Below are positions 36,981-46,165 of a stretch of DNA of 64,000 bases, piece by piece. The stretch's first letter is position 1; each line of letters starts with the position of its first letter. The stretch covers positions 13,724 to 77,723 of the forward strand of contig CANQQE010000007.1 in assembly GCA_947625935.1 (NCBI GenBank), read 5' to 3'. The notes under the pieces were generated by a model. The model did no database searches. It was not told the origin of the DNA and saw only the letters and a list, made by a program, of their open reading frames with translations. A program made the position numbers and the translations under genes. This stretch comes from an uncultured Muribaculaceae bacterium (GTDB taxonomy: Bacteria; Bacteroidota; Bacteroidia; Bacteroidales; Muribaculaceae).

Positions 36981-39900
36981 TTATTCCTGATCATCGTTCA
37001 TGGTGTCCGCGATCTTTCTGCGTGTCCTGATGATATACCAGGTACATCCGCCGGCCAGTGCCAATACCGCACAGATGAGCCAGATATAATACTGAACTGT
37101 ATCTGTCTGAGGCACACCGTTCTGCGCGTTCGGATCGTCTGAATTTAACGAATCGTCTTCGCCTTCGCCCGGCGCAAAACCGGAAACCGTGACTGTCTGA
37201 GCCACGTCGCCGAGGTTCTCATGCTTGATGATCGTCGCGCCGCTGTAATTATCTTTGATCGTCTCGAACGCCGTCACTTTCTGGCCATTCAATGCTAAAG
37301 TGTCAACTACCATGCTGACAGATACGCGGCCGGAAGCCTCATCCGGCGTGAACTCGGTCTCCACGGGAGTACCGATCGCCGCGCCGCTTGCCTGTGCTAC
37401 GACAGAAGATTCGATCTTGTAAGTCGTTCCGGGAACCAGGCCCTCATATTCCAGAATGTCGATCACCGTAATCTCGGTGCCTGCCAAAATTGTCTTGTCG
37501 CTGCCGTTCTCACCTACCAGAGTCGTCTTTAATGTCGGAATTTCCAGCGTCTGCTTTTCATCCGAAGGATCGCAGTGGGACAGGATCAGTTCCAGGCCCT
37601 CTTCATCATAGACTTCCTCAAAAACGACTACCTTGCGGCCTGAGAAACCGCTGCTGTTCACCGGCAGATTTACGTCTACACGCCCCTGACCGAGATCATT
37701 TGTCGTAATCTTCGTCTCGACCATCGGCACCTGTGCGATCACGTTGCCGGTCTTTGCATCCGCCAGAGTCGTTCTTAACGTATAAGTCGTTTTGGCACGG
37801 AGTCCGGTATAAGTGACTTTATCAAGGATCGCCGCCTGAGAGTCGCATGCCAGTGTATGTGTACCGTTATTGGCATCCACAGCTGTCGTATAAATACCGG
37901 GCTCAGCCAGCTTCAGGTTAGCCGTAAATTCGATCATGTCGTCCTGCTCTTCGATGGAATCCGTAACGAACAGATCTCCGTCGATCTCATAGCCGTCAGG
38001 AATTTCTGTAAGGGCCACCAGATAACGGCCGTAAGGCAAGTCTGCCGTGATGCCCGCGCTCATCTGCCCGATAGGGATCACGATCTCACGGCACTTTGCG
38101 GCATTCTGAGCCAGCAGCAGGCTCTGCAGCTGTTTCATATCCATATTTTTGTTATTCGCAATATTCGTTTTATAGAGAGACTGCATGGTCTCATAACGCT
38201 CTTTGTTACCGTCCGCGTCGTATTCAGAAAGCGTGTCATAATATTTGCCGTCGCCCTTCGCGTCTGTCCAGACATAACTGTCTGAAATATTATAAACAGA
38301 GACAGTTACCGTATCCGCCGGGTCGAGCAGCTCTTCATTACAGTTGATCGTATACAGCTCGCCGCCAGTCAGAATCGTATTGGTCAGAAAAGTAGGCGCG
38401 GCATTGTTGTTCTTGATCCCAAGGATCGAAGGATATGCCGGATTCTCTTCAGTCTTATTTACCGTATTAACCATATCCGCCGGAACGTTCACATCAAAGA
38501 ACATACTGTCTTCCTGTGCCACGGTCACGCCGTCCACAGTCACGTCCTCGCCGCTGGGAGAAGAATATCCGTCACCCACTTTATACTGAGACAGCGTGTA
38601 CTCGCCATAAGGCAGGTAATCGCCCGTGAACTCGCTCAGGTTGCCCTCGTCATCCACGACCATCATGCCGTCCTTTGTCCAGCGCAGCGTGATGCTGTCG
38701 TCATCCAACTGCTTTTGATTGTAAATATCATATACAAAATAGCCGTCCGGAATCTCGATTTCGAACTCCGAACCGATGAACTTCGCGTCGCCCTGCGGCT
38801 CGTTAATATATGCCGTGCCTTTCTGGTTCTTGTTCTTGATATATTTCTTGGTCTCATATAATACCGGAGAACCGATGTCGTCACGGTCCGCCAGGTTCAC
38901 CTGGTTGCCGCCCCTGATCACGGCATCATATGCCGTGAACCGGTTATAGCCATTCATAGGTGCCATACGCTCGGCATCTGCCGCAAAGGTCACCTCGGTG
39001 CCGTCAGATAAAATTTCTGTCTTTTTCTGCACATGGGAGAACGATCCGGAAGCGTGCTGCAGCAGCTCCGTTCCATCAGAATCGCTTGGCGCCTTGCCGT
39101 AAATCAGAGCCTCACCGCCGCTGAGCGACATACTCAGCGTTACTTTGCTTGATCCGTTCTTCCATACTGTACTGATACCGCTCTGGACATCTACACCTTT
39201 ACCGGAAAAATTGATTGTCACGAGTTTATCTGTAGAACCGAGATCCGTGTTTGCATTCGTCGGGATCATGATAACGGAACACCCGTTTGATGCCGCAGCA
39301 TAGTCGCTGCTCTCGCTTTCGTCCGTGGGTTTCTGGATCGCACCGTTGTCACCGCAGGTATAGGTCCTTGATAATAAATCCCACCTATCAGGCACTGCGT
39401 CAATAGACTCCAGTTTTTCATCGCCTTCACCAAACTCAGATGTGCCGGGAGCGCTCGTGAATGTCGCCTGGAGCGTACGCGTTGCGTTCACCGTATATTC
39501 ATTGCCCGCAATTACTGCCGATCCGGAGCGGATAACAGACTCACCTGTCGTACCTGATGTCGGGTATATCGTATCAAAATATGTATGCCCGATGCTCACG
39601 ATCGGCCGGAAATTCTCGTCAATATAATAGCCTTCACCAGCAGACACCTGTAAGACCAGATAATTGCCCGCCGGAAGCGCCTGATCGGAACTGCATGCCA
39701 CATTGCCGGAATTATCGGCATCCAGGATCATAGCCGGAATGATCGGCACAGAACGGTTCGCCCTGGTCGTCGTGCCCAGGATAAACTCATCCTGCTCCCA
39801 TACTCTGACCGCATTACTGCCGGTGCCGTTGATATCCTTGCAGTTCTCTTCATAAGTATTACCGCTCTTGAGATAAGAATTATAAGCCTTCAGGATCTCC

Positions 39901-41063
39901 TCGACGCTGTAGGCGGGGACGAACTGGTTCCTGTTATCTTCCAGACCACCGTCGTTGTCGCGGTCCGAGATCACATAACCCTTGATCGCCTCAGACGCAC
40001 TGGTACCATGCTCGTTGATATTATAAACCGCGAATTTCGCCCCGGAATACATATCAGCCGCGCCCTGGGACTGCGTCCCGTCGGACTCGTTATCACGTAA
40101 ATTAAACGAAAATGCCCCGCGCTCGATGCGGTCAGCGAGGGGATAGTTGCACCAACGGTTTTTGACGTTCCCGCTGGTAGTACTAGGTGTCAGAGTCTGA
40201 TTATACTTCGTCCCGGAAGCAGCATATTCCATCATCCCGCCGGATTCAGCCGTCGTCCAGAGTGTACAGGACATATCGTCGTTCCACTGGATGAACTGGC
40301 ACGCGTCGGCGTCATATTGAAATACGCAATACCATCTGTCGGTATTCGTCAAATCCGTAATATGAGTTTTCGTCGTATTATCGCCGATCATCGGCAAATA
40401 CATGCTGTCCGGCGCGTTGGAGCCGTAGCGGTGGGACGTCGTTCCGTCTTTTGCATTATCCGGATTCGTCGCATACTGCGTCACCAGGATGTAATCACCG
40501 TCAGAAACACTGCCGCAGTCGCCGCATTTTTCCAGCATGTCTTTCGTGATGACGAAATACCCGTCGCTGTTGACCGTGACAGTGATCGCCTTATTCGTCG
40601 ACGTATCCTTCTGCATCAGCAGGTCTTTGACTTTATTGTCCAGATCACTCTCTGTCGATTGAAAATGTTCTACAACAAGCTGCTGGCCCTCGAAGCTGCC
40701 CGCGCCCTGCGGGGTAAGCGCAAAATCGCGGTACTTGGGGCCGACCACGCCCCAGAACTGGTCCGTGAACTTTCCGGTAGCCAGCGCATACGACGTTTCG
40801 TCGTTGACCGCACCGTAAGGCTTTGCAGGATTTGTAGCGGTTTTATGCTCGCCGTTGTCGGCCTGGGCGCCGTACACATCGGCGTCGCACATCTGGATCA
40901 CAATACTGCCCGGCGACGTATATTTATCAGGCACAGGCGTAGAAAGCGTATCAGCTTTCTCAGCTGCCGCGCTTGCCGTCAAAGGTGTGATGATGCCGAA
41001 CATCATGGCACACACGAGCAGTCCGGACAATAAATGCTTAAAATGCTTTGTCCTTGAAATCAT
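36981..41063 (-). CDS. Sortase-anchored surface adhesin with SpaA/Cna-B-like domains and VaFE (Thr-Gln ester-bond type) repeats
   Basis: Signal peptide MISRTKHFKHLLSGLLVCAMMFGIITPLTASA. Three LP.G.Y.L...(P/G)DGY motifs. Two repeats carry KVVVFEEV / KVTAFETI and H.D...QT (SHCDPSDEKQT, KHENLGDVAQT). The C-terminal sorting signal is VPQTD followed by TM IWLICAVLALAGGCTWYII and RTRRK. Confidence 0.85.
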   Translation of the reverse strand: MISRTKHFKHLLSGLLVCAMMFGIITPLTASAAAEKADTLSTPVPDKYTSPGSIVIQMCDADVYGAQADNGEHKTATNPAKPYGAVNDETSYALATGKFTDQFWGVVGPKYRDFALTPQGAGSFEGQQLVVEHFQSTESDLDNKVKDLLMQKDTSTNKAITVTVNSDGYFVITKDMLEKCGDCGSVSDGDYILVTQYATNPDNAKDGTTSHRYGSNAPDSMYLPMIGDNTTKTHITDLTNTDRWYCVFQYDADACQFIQWNDDMSCTLWTTAESGGMMEYAASGTKYNQTLTPSTTSGNVKNRWCNYPLADRIERGAFSFNLRDNESDGTQSQGAADMYSGAKFAVYNINEHGTSASEAIKGYVISDRDNDGGLEDNRNQFVPAYSVEEILKAYNSYLKSGNTYEENCKDINGTGSNAVRVWEQDEFILGTTTRANRSVPIIPAMILDADNSGNVACSSDQALPAGNYLVLQVSAGEGYYIDENFRPIVSIGHTYFDTIYPTSGTTGESVIRSGSAVIAGNEYTVNATRTLQATFTSAPGTSEFGEGDEKLESIDAVPDRWDLLSRTYTCGDNGAIQKPTDESESSDYAAASNGCSVIMIPTNANTDLGSTDKLVTINFSGKGVDVQSGISTVWKNGSSKVTLSMSLSGGEALIYGKAPSDSDGTELLQHASGSFSHVQKKTEILSDGTEVTFAADAERMAPMNGYNRFTAYDAVIRGGNQVNLADRDDIGSPVLYETKKYIKNKNQKGTAYINEPQGDAKFIGSEFEIEIPDGYFVYDIYNQKQLDDDSITLRWTKDGMMVVDDEGNLSEFTGDYLPYGEYTLSQYKVGDGYSSPSGEDVTVDGVTVAQEDSMFFDVNVPADMVNTVNKTEENPAYPSILGIKNNNAAPTFLTNTILTGGELYTINCNEELLDPADTVTVSVYNISDSYVWTDAKGDGKYYDTLSEYDADGNKERYETMQSLYKTNIANNKNMDMKQLQSLLLAQNAAKCREIVIPIGQMSAGITADLPYGRYLVALTEIPDGYEIDGDLFVTDSIEEQDDMIEFTANLKLAEPGIYTTAVDANNGTHTLACDSQAAILDKVTYTGLRAKTTYTLRTTLADAKTGNVIAQVPMVETKITTNDLGQGRVDVNLPVNSSGFSGRKVVVFEEVYDEEGLELILSHCDPSDEKQTLEIPTLKTTLVGENGSDKTILAGTEITVIDILEYEGLVPGTTYKIESSVVAQASGAAIGTPVETEFTPDEASGRVSVSMVVDTLALNGQKVTAFETIKDNYSGATIIKHENLGDVAQTVTVSGFAPGEGEDDSLNSDDPNAQNGVPQTDTVQYYIWLICAVLALAGGCTWYIIRTRRKIADTMNDDQE

Positions 41064-41111
41064 CTTTTTCGTCTCCTTTTTTTTAATTAAAATTTTATGC
41101 TAAGTCTGCCC

Positions 41112-41159
41112 AAAAAACTGAGCAATTTCAATATTAAATATAATACCAAAATTGCTCAG
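41112..41159 (-). terminator. Long-loop inverted repeat after the parM-like gene (terminator and/or operator overlapping the adhesin promoter)
   Basis: 11-bp arms at 41118-41128 and 41149-41159 with a 20-nt AT loop. U6 run on the minus strand (41112-41117). Confidence 0.4.
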
Positions 41160-41168
41160 CCCTGTCAA
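41140..41168 (-). promoter_or_regulatory. Promoter for the adhesin gene
   Basis: TTGACA - 17 nt - TATTAT. Embedded in the inverted repeat 41118-41128 / 41149-41159. Confidence 0.55.
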
Positions 41169-41197
41169 TACACAAACTTATACAAAACACATTATTT

Positions 41198-42460
41198 TTA
41201 AAGCCCCCGCAGGTCTTCCGTGCTGCGCTCTTCATCCGAGGAAACAAGCAGATATAACCCGTCCCGGTTCAGACATCTGGAATAACTGGAATCCAGGTAC
41301 AGCACGGGTACGAAAGCGTCTTCGCCGAAAGTTTTCTGGATCATCTTGATCAGCTTCGGATAGAGCGAATCCTGCACCGACGTCGCCCCACCGCCATATA
41401 CGTAGATCACTTCGGCAAATGCGCCATTGCGCTCAAGCACTCCGGAAAATTCTCTGGCAACTTCATCCGTGAAGATATTGATCTCGGCCTCGACCACCTG
41501 GAACACTTCTTTGCCGCGGGAACGCATCAGCGGCTTATCTTTCGCGTCGATGATCCATTCCGTTAATTTCTTTCTGGAATCGAACGGCCTGCCCATCTGC
41601 GCCAGCTGCGCCTGCGCCTCATCCATCACGGAACCGTAGCCTTTATTTAAGGTCTTGGACGTATCCGGATTAAACCGCATATCCTGGTAAATCGGGAAAT
41701 TTACAGTGCCTTCGCCGATGTCGATACCGATAATGCCGCCGGCATCCATGATATCTTTCACGGTAATACCCTCAGGCAGAGAGATCCCTGCATCCGTAGC
41801 CATCTTTTTGACCAGGGCATTCATAAATCTTTCGCCTTTTGACGCAATAGCGAACTGAGCGCTCGCCCCTTCAGGCGCCACGATGATTTCTGTAATGTGA
41901 ATATCCACCCGAATCACGTTCTGGAAATTATGGATGCGGACCAAATGCGGTTTCGCCTTATAGTTCCTGGGAACAGTGTTCTTGCTGCGCTTATACTCAG
42001 CAATCGGCAGGGAGACGGCCATCTGCGCCTGCACGGTCAGCGTCTCGTCCTTTGCGGGAAGCGTGCTGCCGTGCGTATCGTAATAGTCCTTTAACGCTTT
42101 TCCGGCCAAAATAGAGAGCGTCAGAATCGCGGACAGCTCTGTCTCGGACTTAGAACGCTGGCTCTCGCGAAGATTAAACTCCTGCAGGCTCTTTCCGGAG
42201 CGAACCGCCCTCTTGCCTACATAGAAACGCATTTCTTTATCGTCGATGAGCGGCGAATCGAACGACACCTCTAACTTATTATAGATATCCTCGAACTCAG
42301 CTTTGACCGCCGAAGGCTCGGTGATCCTTACGTCCGCGGAATTCGTGATAACGGCCGCCGCACTAGGCATGTCGACAGCCCTGGCCTTGTCGTCCAGATC
42401 GGGATTCTTGACCAGTGCCTTCACATACCCGTTGCCAATGTCAAGACCTGCTTTTAACAT
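41198..42460 (-). CDS. parM: ParM/Alp-like actin-family partition ATPase
   Basis: MLKAGLDIGNGYVKAL (phosphate 1), GIDIGEGTVNFP (phosphate 2) and VIYVYGGGA (adenosine). AGGAGG SD. Confidence 0.8.
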   Translation of the reverse strand: MLKAGLDIGNGYVKALVKNPDLDDKARAVDMPSAAAVITNSADVRITEPSAVKAEFEDIYNKLEVSFDSPLIDDKEMRFYVGKRAVRSGKSLQEFNLRESQRSKSETELSAILTLSILAGKALKDYYDTHGSTLPAKDETLTVQAQMAVSLPIAEYKRSKNTVPRNYKAKPHLVRIHNFQNVIRVDIHITEIIVAPEGASAQFAIASKGERFMNALVKKMATDAGISLPEGITVKDIMDAGGIIGIDIGEGTVNFPIYQDMRFNPDTSKTLNKGYGSVMDEAQAQLAQMGRPFDSRKKLTEWIIDAKDKPLMRSRGKEVFQVVEAEINIFTDEVAREFSGVLERNGAFAEVIYVYGGGATSVQDSLYPKLIKMIQKTFGEDAFVPVLYLDSSYSRCLNRDGLYLLVSSDEERSTEDLRGL

Positions 42461-42507
42461 AACTTATATCCTCCTATAAAATATTGGTTTACTGCGTTTA
42501 TGAAACA

Positions 42508-42536
42508 AGCATAACACATTTCAATCTATAAAGCAA
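42508..42536 (-). promoter_or_regulatory. Promoter for the ParM-like gene
   Basis: TTGCTT - 17 nt - TATGCT, with a TG extension. Confidence 0.5.
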
Positions 42537-42570
42537 CACATTTTTATTAAAAATATTAAAAATATTATAG

Positions 42571-42602
42571 AAAATCAAACAGCCGCAAAGACTGCGGCTG
42601 TT
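42571..42602 (-). terminator. Terminator after CDS 42621..43112
   Basis: 10-bp stem AACAGCCGCA / TGCGGCTGTT with a 5-nt loop and a T-rich tail. Confidence 0.8.
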
Positions 42603-42620
42603 CTGCATACGTTATAAAAT

Positions 42621-43112
42621 TTACATTCCGCCCATCATAGAGTCGATATCATCATTGCCTGAATCATCCGCGCTGCCGGGATCTTCCATTGAAAAACTTG
42701 TTTTTTCACCAGCCGTTGCATTGTGATAGGCTTCCCGCGCCGACTGCTGTTTCACAGGCTCGGCCTGCGGTTCCGGTTCATCGGTTTCAACCTGCAGTTC
42801 TTCCGATTCTGCCGGCTCTTCTTCAGAGACGACAGTAATCTCCGGAACCTCTGTATTATCAGGTTCTGTATCGTCTATCTGCAGTTCCTGCGCCTCCCGT
42901 TCGACTTCTATTAAAGATCTGTCGTCGATCACGCTGTTCTGCAGCAGCTCTTTGAGATCCATCACGGCAATGTCGGGGTACCGGTCTTTGTAATTTGACA
43001 AGAAGCCTTTGATCAAAAGCCTGACGGAAAGAGAAACATTTGACTGCGAATCAAGAAAATCGCAGAGCTGTTTATCCTGTTCCGGAAAATAGATGCAGTA
43101 TCGTTTATCCAT
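42621..43112 (-). CDS. Hypothetical protein with a highly acidic C-terminal half
   Basis: 163 aa with an AAGGAGAG SD. Overlaps the stop of the upstream RHH gene by 8 nt, which suggests coupling. The E/D/P-rich region runs through aa 75-125. Confidence 0.7.
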   Translation of the reverse strand: MDKRYCIYFPEQDKQLCDFLDSQSNVSLSVRLLIKGFLSNYKDRYPDIAVMDLKELLQNSVIDDRSLIEVEREAQELQIDDTEPDNTEVPEITVVSEEEPAESEELQVETDEPEPQAEPVKQQSAREAYHNATAGEKTSFSMEDPGSADDSGNDDIDSMMGGM

Positions 43113-43296
43113 TCGCTCCGCTCTCCTTCGTCATCTGTTCGATCGCACGCTCGATCGCAATAGTCTTTGTCTGCCCGGTAACCTCACAATGTTTGATCAG
43201 TTTTTCGTAGATATCGCTGCGGATATAGCAAGATATGGTCTTGCCCTCTTTGAGCTTGCCTCTGGGCCGGCCTTTCGCCTGCTTCACCTCATCCAT
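43105..43296 (-). CDS. Ribbon-helix-helix DNA-binding protein (paralogue of 2595..2774); candidate ParR-like adaptor or regulator
   Basis: 63 aa: KTISCYIRSDIYEKLIKHCEVTGQTKTIAIERAIEQM. GAGGT SD. TTGACT-17-TATACT promoter. Confidence 0.7.
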   Translation of the reverse strand: MDEVKQAKGRPRGKLKEGKTISCYIRSDIYEKLIKHCEVTGQTKTIAIERAIEQMTKESGANG

Positions 43297-43351
43297 TATG
43301 ATATACCTCGCTTTCTGTTACTATTTTGAAACTACGACTTAGCATATGCAG

Positions 43352-43380
43352 AGTATAACACAAAAATATACAGCAGTCAA
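43352..43380 (-). promoter_or_regulatory. Promoter for the RHH/acidic-protein operon
   Basis: TTGACT - 17 nt - TATACT, with an A/T tract immediately upstream. Confidence 0.6.
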
Positions 43381-43412
43381 TAAAAATAATAAAAAAATTT
43401 AAAAATATTATT

Positions 43413-43441
43413 AAAAATGCAGGATATAAAATATCCTGCAT
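43413..43441 (-). terminator. Terminator after CDS 43448..45865 (bidirectional shape)
   Basis: Stem ATGCAGGATAT / ATATCCTGCAT flanked by A5 and T7 runs. Confidence 0.8.
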
Positions 43442-43447
43442 CTTTTT

Positions 43448-45865
43448 TTAATACTCAAGTCCTGCATTTTCAGCTTCAAGTCCCACCACGGATATTGCAG
43501 CCGCATGATCCAGTTCTTTGAATCCGGGATATGTCTCGCCGAGCTTCTCGATGATAGCTGAATATTTACCCTGGCCCTCTGAATCGTAATTCAGCGCCGC
43601 CGTCTTGAGCTTCTGCTTGACATCCAGCAGTAAATCATGTCCAATCTCACCCTGGTCCGTTCTTTTATATTCATCTTTCAAGACCTCGATAAAAGGCGTA
43701 TCTTTTGTATATTCTCTGGAAGGCATCCGTCCGGGATCATTTGCGTAAAATGTTTTTAAGACCGCGGCTTCCATCTGATCTTTCGGCCGGTAATACATAT
43801 GGCCATCAGATCCGGCATTACGGATATCCTGATCCAGATGTTCAAAGATCGAATCTTTGCCGGAATAATAAACGTCGCTCATAGTTAGAAAATCATTGAG
43901 CCTGCACTGAGCCGTGAACTTTGCTTTCGGCAGCGTCACATCACGCTCGTCCAGCTCCTCTCTTGATAAAGACGGCCTTTCAGCATATTCTTTGAGCTGC
44001 CTGTTGCAGTCGGCGATCTCTTTCGTATATTTCTTGTAAAAGCGTTTATGCTCCCAATTCGGCCTCTCGTTTTCAGGTACGGCCTGAAGCCTTGCGTACT
44101 GGCACGCTGTCAGGTCTTTCCCGCGGAACGTGGCCGCCTTAGAGCAGAAACTGTTCTTTGTCTGAATATGCGCCGCTCCTGCTGCAGCTTTTTCATAATC
44201 CGTATCAGGCGCCAGCCTCATCCAGCCGTCAGGAAACCTCATACTCTGCCACATCCGTCCGCCCTCGAATTTCGTGAACAGATTCGGGTCACCGCTCAGA
44301 CTGTCCATTTTCAAACGGTCATAGACATTGCCTTTCGCGACATATCTAGCATACATATCCGCCCGCGCCTCCGTATACGCCTTTTCGATCTTAGACCGCA
44401 CATCGGATTTCGAGAACAGTTTCATGTCAAGCGCAGCTGCATCTACGTGATCTATAGGATTCGACCCTTTGAACGCAATATCGTTCAACGCGCCGGCCAA
44501 TTCTGCCGGAGTAGTGATCGCTGCGTCAATAAAATCAAACTTTTCTTTCTGGGAATTGCAGAACTCCTGCAGCGTATGAGGCGCCGGATTTCCATCGTAA
44601 CGGACGATCCAGCTGTTCGCGTCTTTATTATAGTCGAACATTGCCACCGGCAGCTCAGAAGGACCGTGCAGCTCATCATTCACGATCAGATCGTAATACT
44701 GATCCTCCGTCCGGTCACCGGATTCCGTTGCGTTCTTCATATCATAATACAATTTATACGAAACGTCTAAGCGGGGCGTATCTGCTGAGATCGTCGTCCC
44801 GAAATTGAGCCTGCGCGGACAGTGCAGAGCCGGATCGACGTGATATTTCACACACTGAGCCTCGAAATTGCGGCTGCTGTTCAGGCTTTCATACACGTTC
44901 CGCCTCGTGTTCGCATTTAATAAATTCCTGCAGGCCGTGTCCCTCTGCCTGGTCTGCGAGATCGTGTTATATTTCTTACATCCCGCATACTGCCCCAGCA
45001 TATTAAGTCCCGCATATGCAGAAGCGTTATTCTGAAGCGCGTCTTTTAAGTTAAATCCCGTACTGCCTGTAACATCCAGCCCCATCCTGCCGCATCGGTT
45101 CGCCGCGTTGTTTGCATTCTCTAAAACAGTTTTTAAGGCATTCAGATTATTTTCAGTTGCAATGAAAGTCTGTGCCGCCGCCCTGGCGTCCCATTCATGA
45201 TAATCTCTGAGACTGGAATTTTCTTTCGCCTGCTTGATATCAGCAATCGTATCCGCGATACGTTTCGGAATTTTAAGTCCTTCGGTATTAAAATCCGCCA
45301 GACCGTCTGCGTCTTTCACCATACAGAACGCGCAGGCTTCGCGGTAATCCTTGAATTTTAAGATATCTTCATTAGTAAAAGGCTTCTGTGCCAGCGCGGA
45401 AATCTCATTGTGGATATCCTGCCTGGTCAGATTTTTATTATCCTCAAAATCAAAATGATAGAACCAATACCCGGAATTTGCGTAAGGCGTTCCGATCGGC
45501 CTGTCGTTCCCGTTTCCGACATAATCCGTATTCGCGTTCTTGGCCAGGTCAAGCAGCATCTCATCCGAATCATTCTCTCTTACAGGCGCCGCCGTCCCGC
45601 CGTTCGGCTTCAGAATCGATTCAGCTTTGTTAAAATGCACGGACCGCATGCTGCTCTCTCCAAGATTGCTGATATCGAACTTATATGCAAGCACGTTAGA
45701 ACCCGCCGCTAAATTTAATTTGACGGAGTTCGAGTTCTTTAAACTTAAATTGATATCCGGCAGTTTGCTTTTTACATAACTCTCAAAATCAGCGAACAGA
45801 TTGACGATCTGATCGTTTAGTGCAATATCCGCTGCGCCGGGCCTTGTTCCATAGTTGAATCCCAT
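43448..45865 (-). CDS. Large hypothetical protein
   Basis: ORF track gives 43448..45931. ATG 45865 follows AAAGGATG with good spacing (MGFNYGTRPG...). 805 aa with its own promoter and a perfect terminator. No catalytic motif recognised. Confidence 0.7.
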   Translation of the reverse strand: MGFNYGTRPGAADIALNDQIVNLFADFESYVKSKLPDINLSLKNSNSVKLNLAAGSNVLAYKFDISNLGESSMRSVHFNKAESILKPNGGTAAPVRENDSDEMLLDLAKNANTDYVGNGNDRPIGTPYANSGYWFYHFDFEDNKNLTRQDIHNEISALAQKPFTNEDILKFKDYREACAFCMVKDADGLADFNTEGLKIPKRIADTIADIKQAKENSSLRDYHEWDARAAAQTFIATENNLNALKTVLENANNAANRCGRMGLDVTGSTGFNLKDALQNNASAYAGLNMLGQYAGCKKYNTISQTRQRDTACRNLLNANTRRNVYESLNSSRNFEAQCVKYHVDPALHCPRRLNFGTTISADTPRLDVSYKLYYDMKNATESGDRTEDQYYDLIVNDELHGPSELPVAMFDYNKDANSWIVRYDGNPAPHTLQEFCNSQKEKFDFIDAAITTPAELAGALNDIAFKGSNPIDHVDAAALDMKLFSKSDVRSKIEKAYTEARADMYARYVAKGNVYDRLKMDSLSGDPNLFTKFEGGRMWQSMRFPDGWMRLAPDTDYEKAAAGAAHIQTKNSFCSKAATFRGKDLTACQYARLQAVPENERPNWEHKRFYKKYTKEIADCNRQLKEYAERPSLSREELDERDVTLPKAKFTAQCRLNDFLTMSDVYYSGKDSIFEHLDQDIRNAGSDGHMYYRPKDQMEAAVLKTFYANDPGRMPSREYTKDTPFIEVLKDEYKRTDQGEIGHDLLLDVKQKLKTAALNYDSEGQGKYSAIIEKLGETYPGFKELDHAAAISVVGLEAENAGLEY

Positions 45866-45987
45866 AATGATTACATCCTTTCTTATTATAAAGATTGAAA
45901 AGCTAAGCCGTTCCGCCCCTGTCTCCGTCACAGAACAAACAGAGAGTCGATTTTAAAAACACGGCCTGGAAGATCATATACTTATAT

Positions 45988-46016
45988 ATAATAACACACA
46001 CAGGCGTATAAGGCAA
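45988..46016 (-). promoter_or_regulatory. Promoter for CDS 43448..45865 (leader of about 120 nt)
   Basis: TTGCCT - 17 nt - TATTAT. Confidence 0.5.
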
Positions 46017-46099
46017 TACCCACGCAGCCATCAAAATCATAAGAAGACTATACAGGACATGTTTTTGAATATGTGTATGAGGATAAAGGATTGGACCGA

Positions 46100-46139
46100 A
46101 TAAAAAACCATTTTTCCTGCGTCCGCAGGAAAAATGGTT
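46100..46139 (-). terminator. Terminator after the LysM gene
   Basis: Perfect 16-bp stem AACCATTTTTCCTGCG / CGCAGGAAAAATGGTT plus a U-run. Confidence 0.9.
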
Positions 46140-46165
46140 TTCTAATCGTATGAACTTACAAGGCA

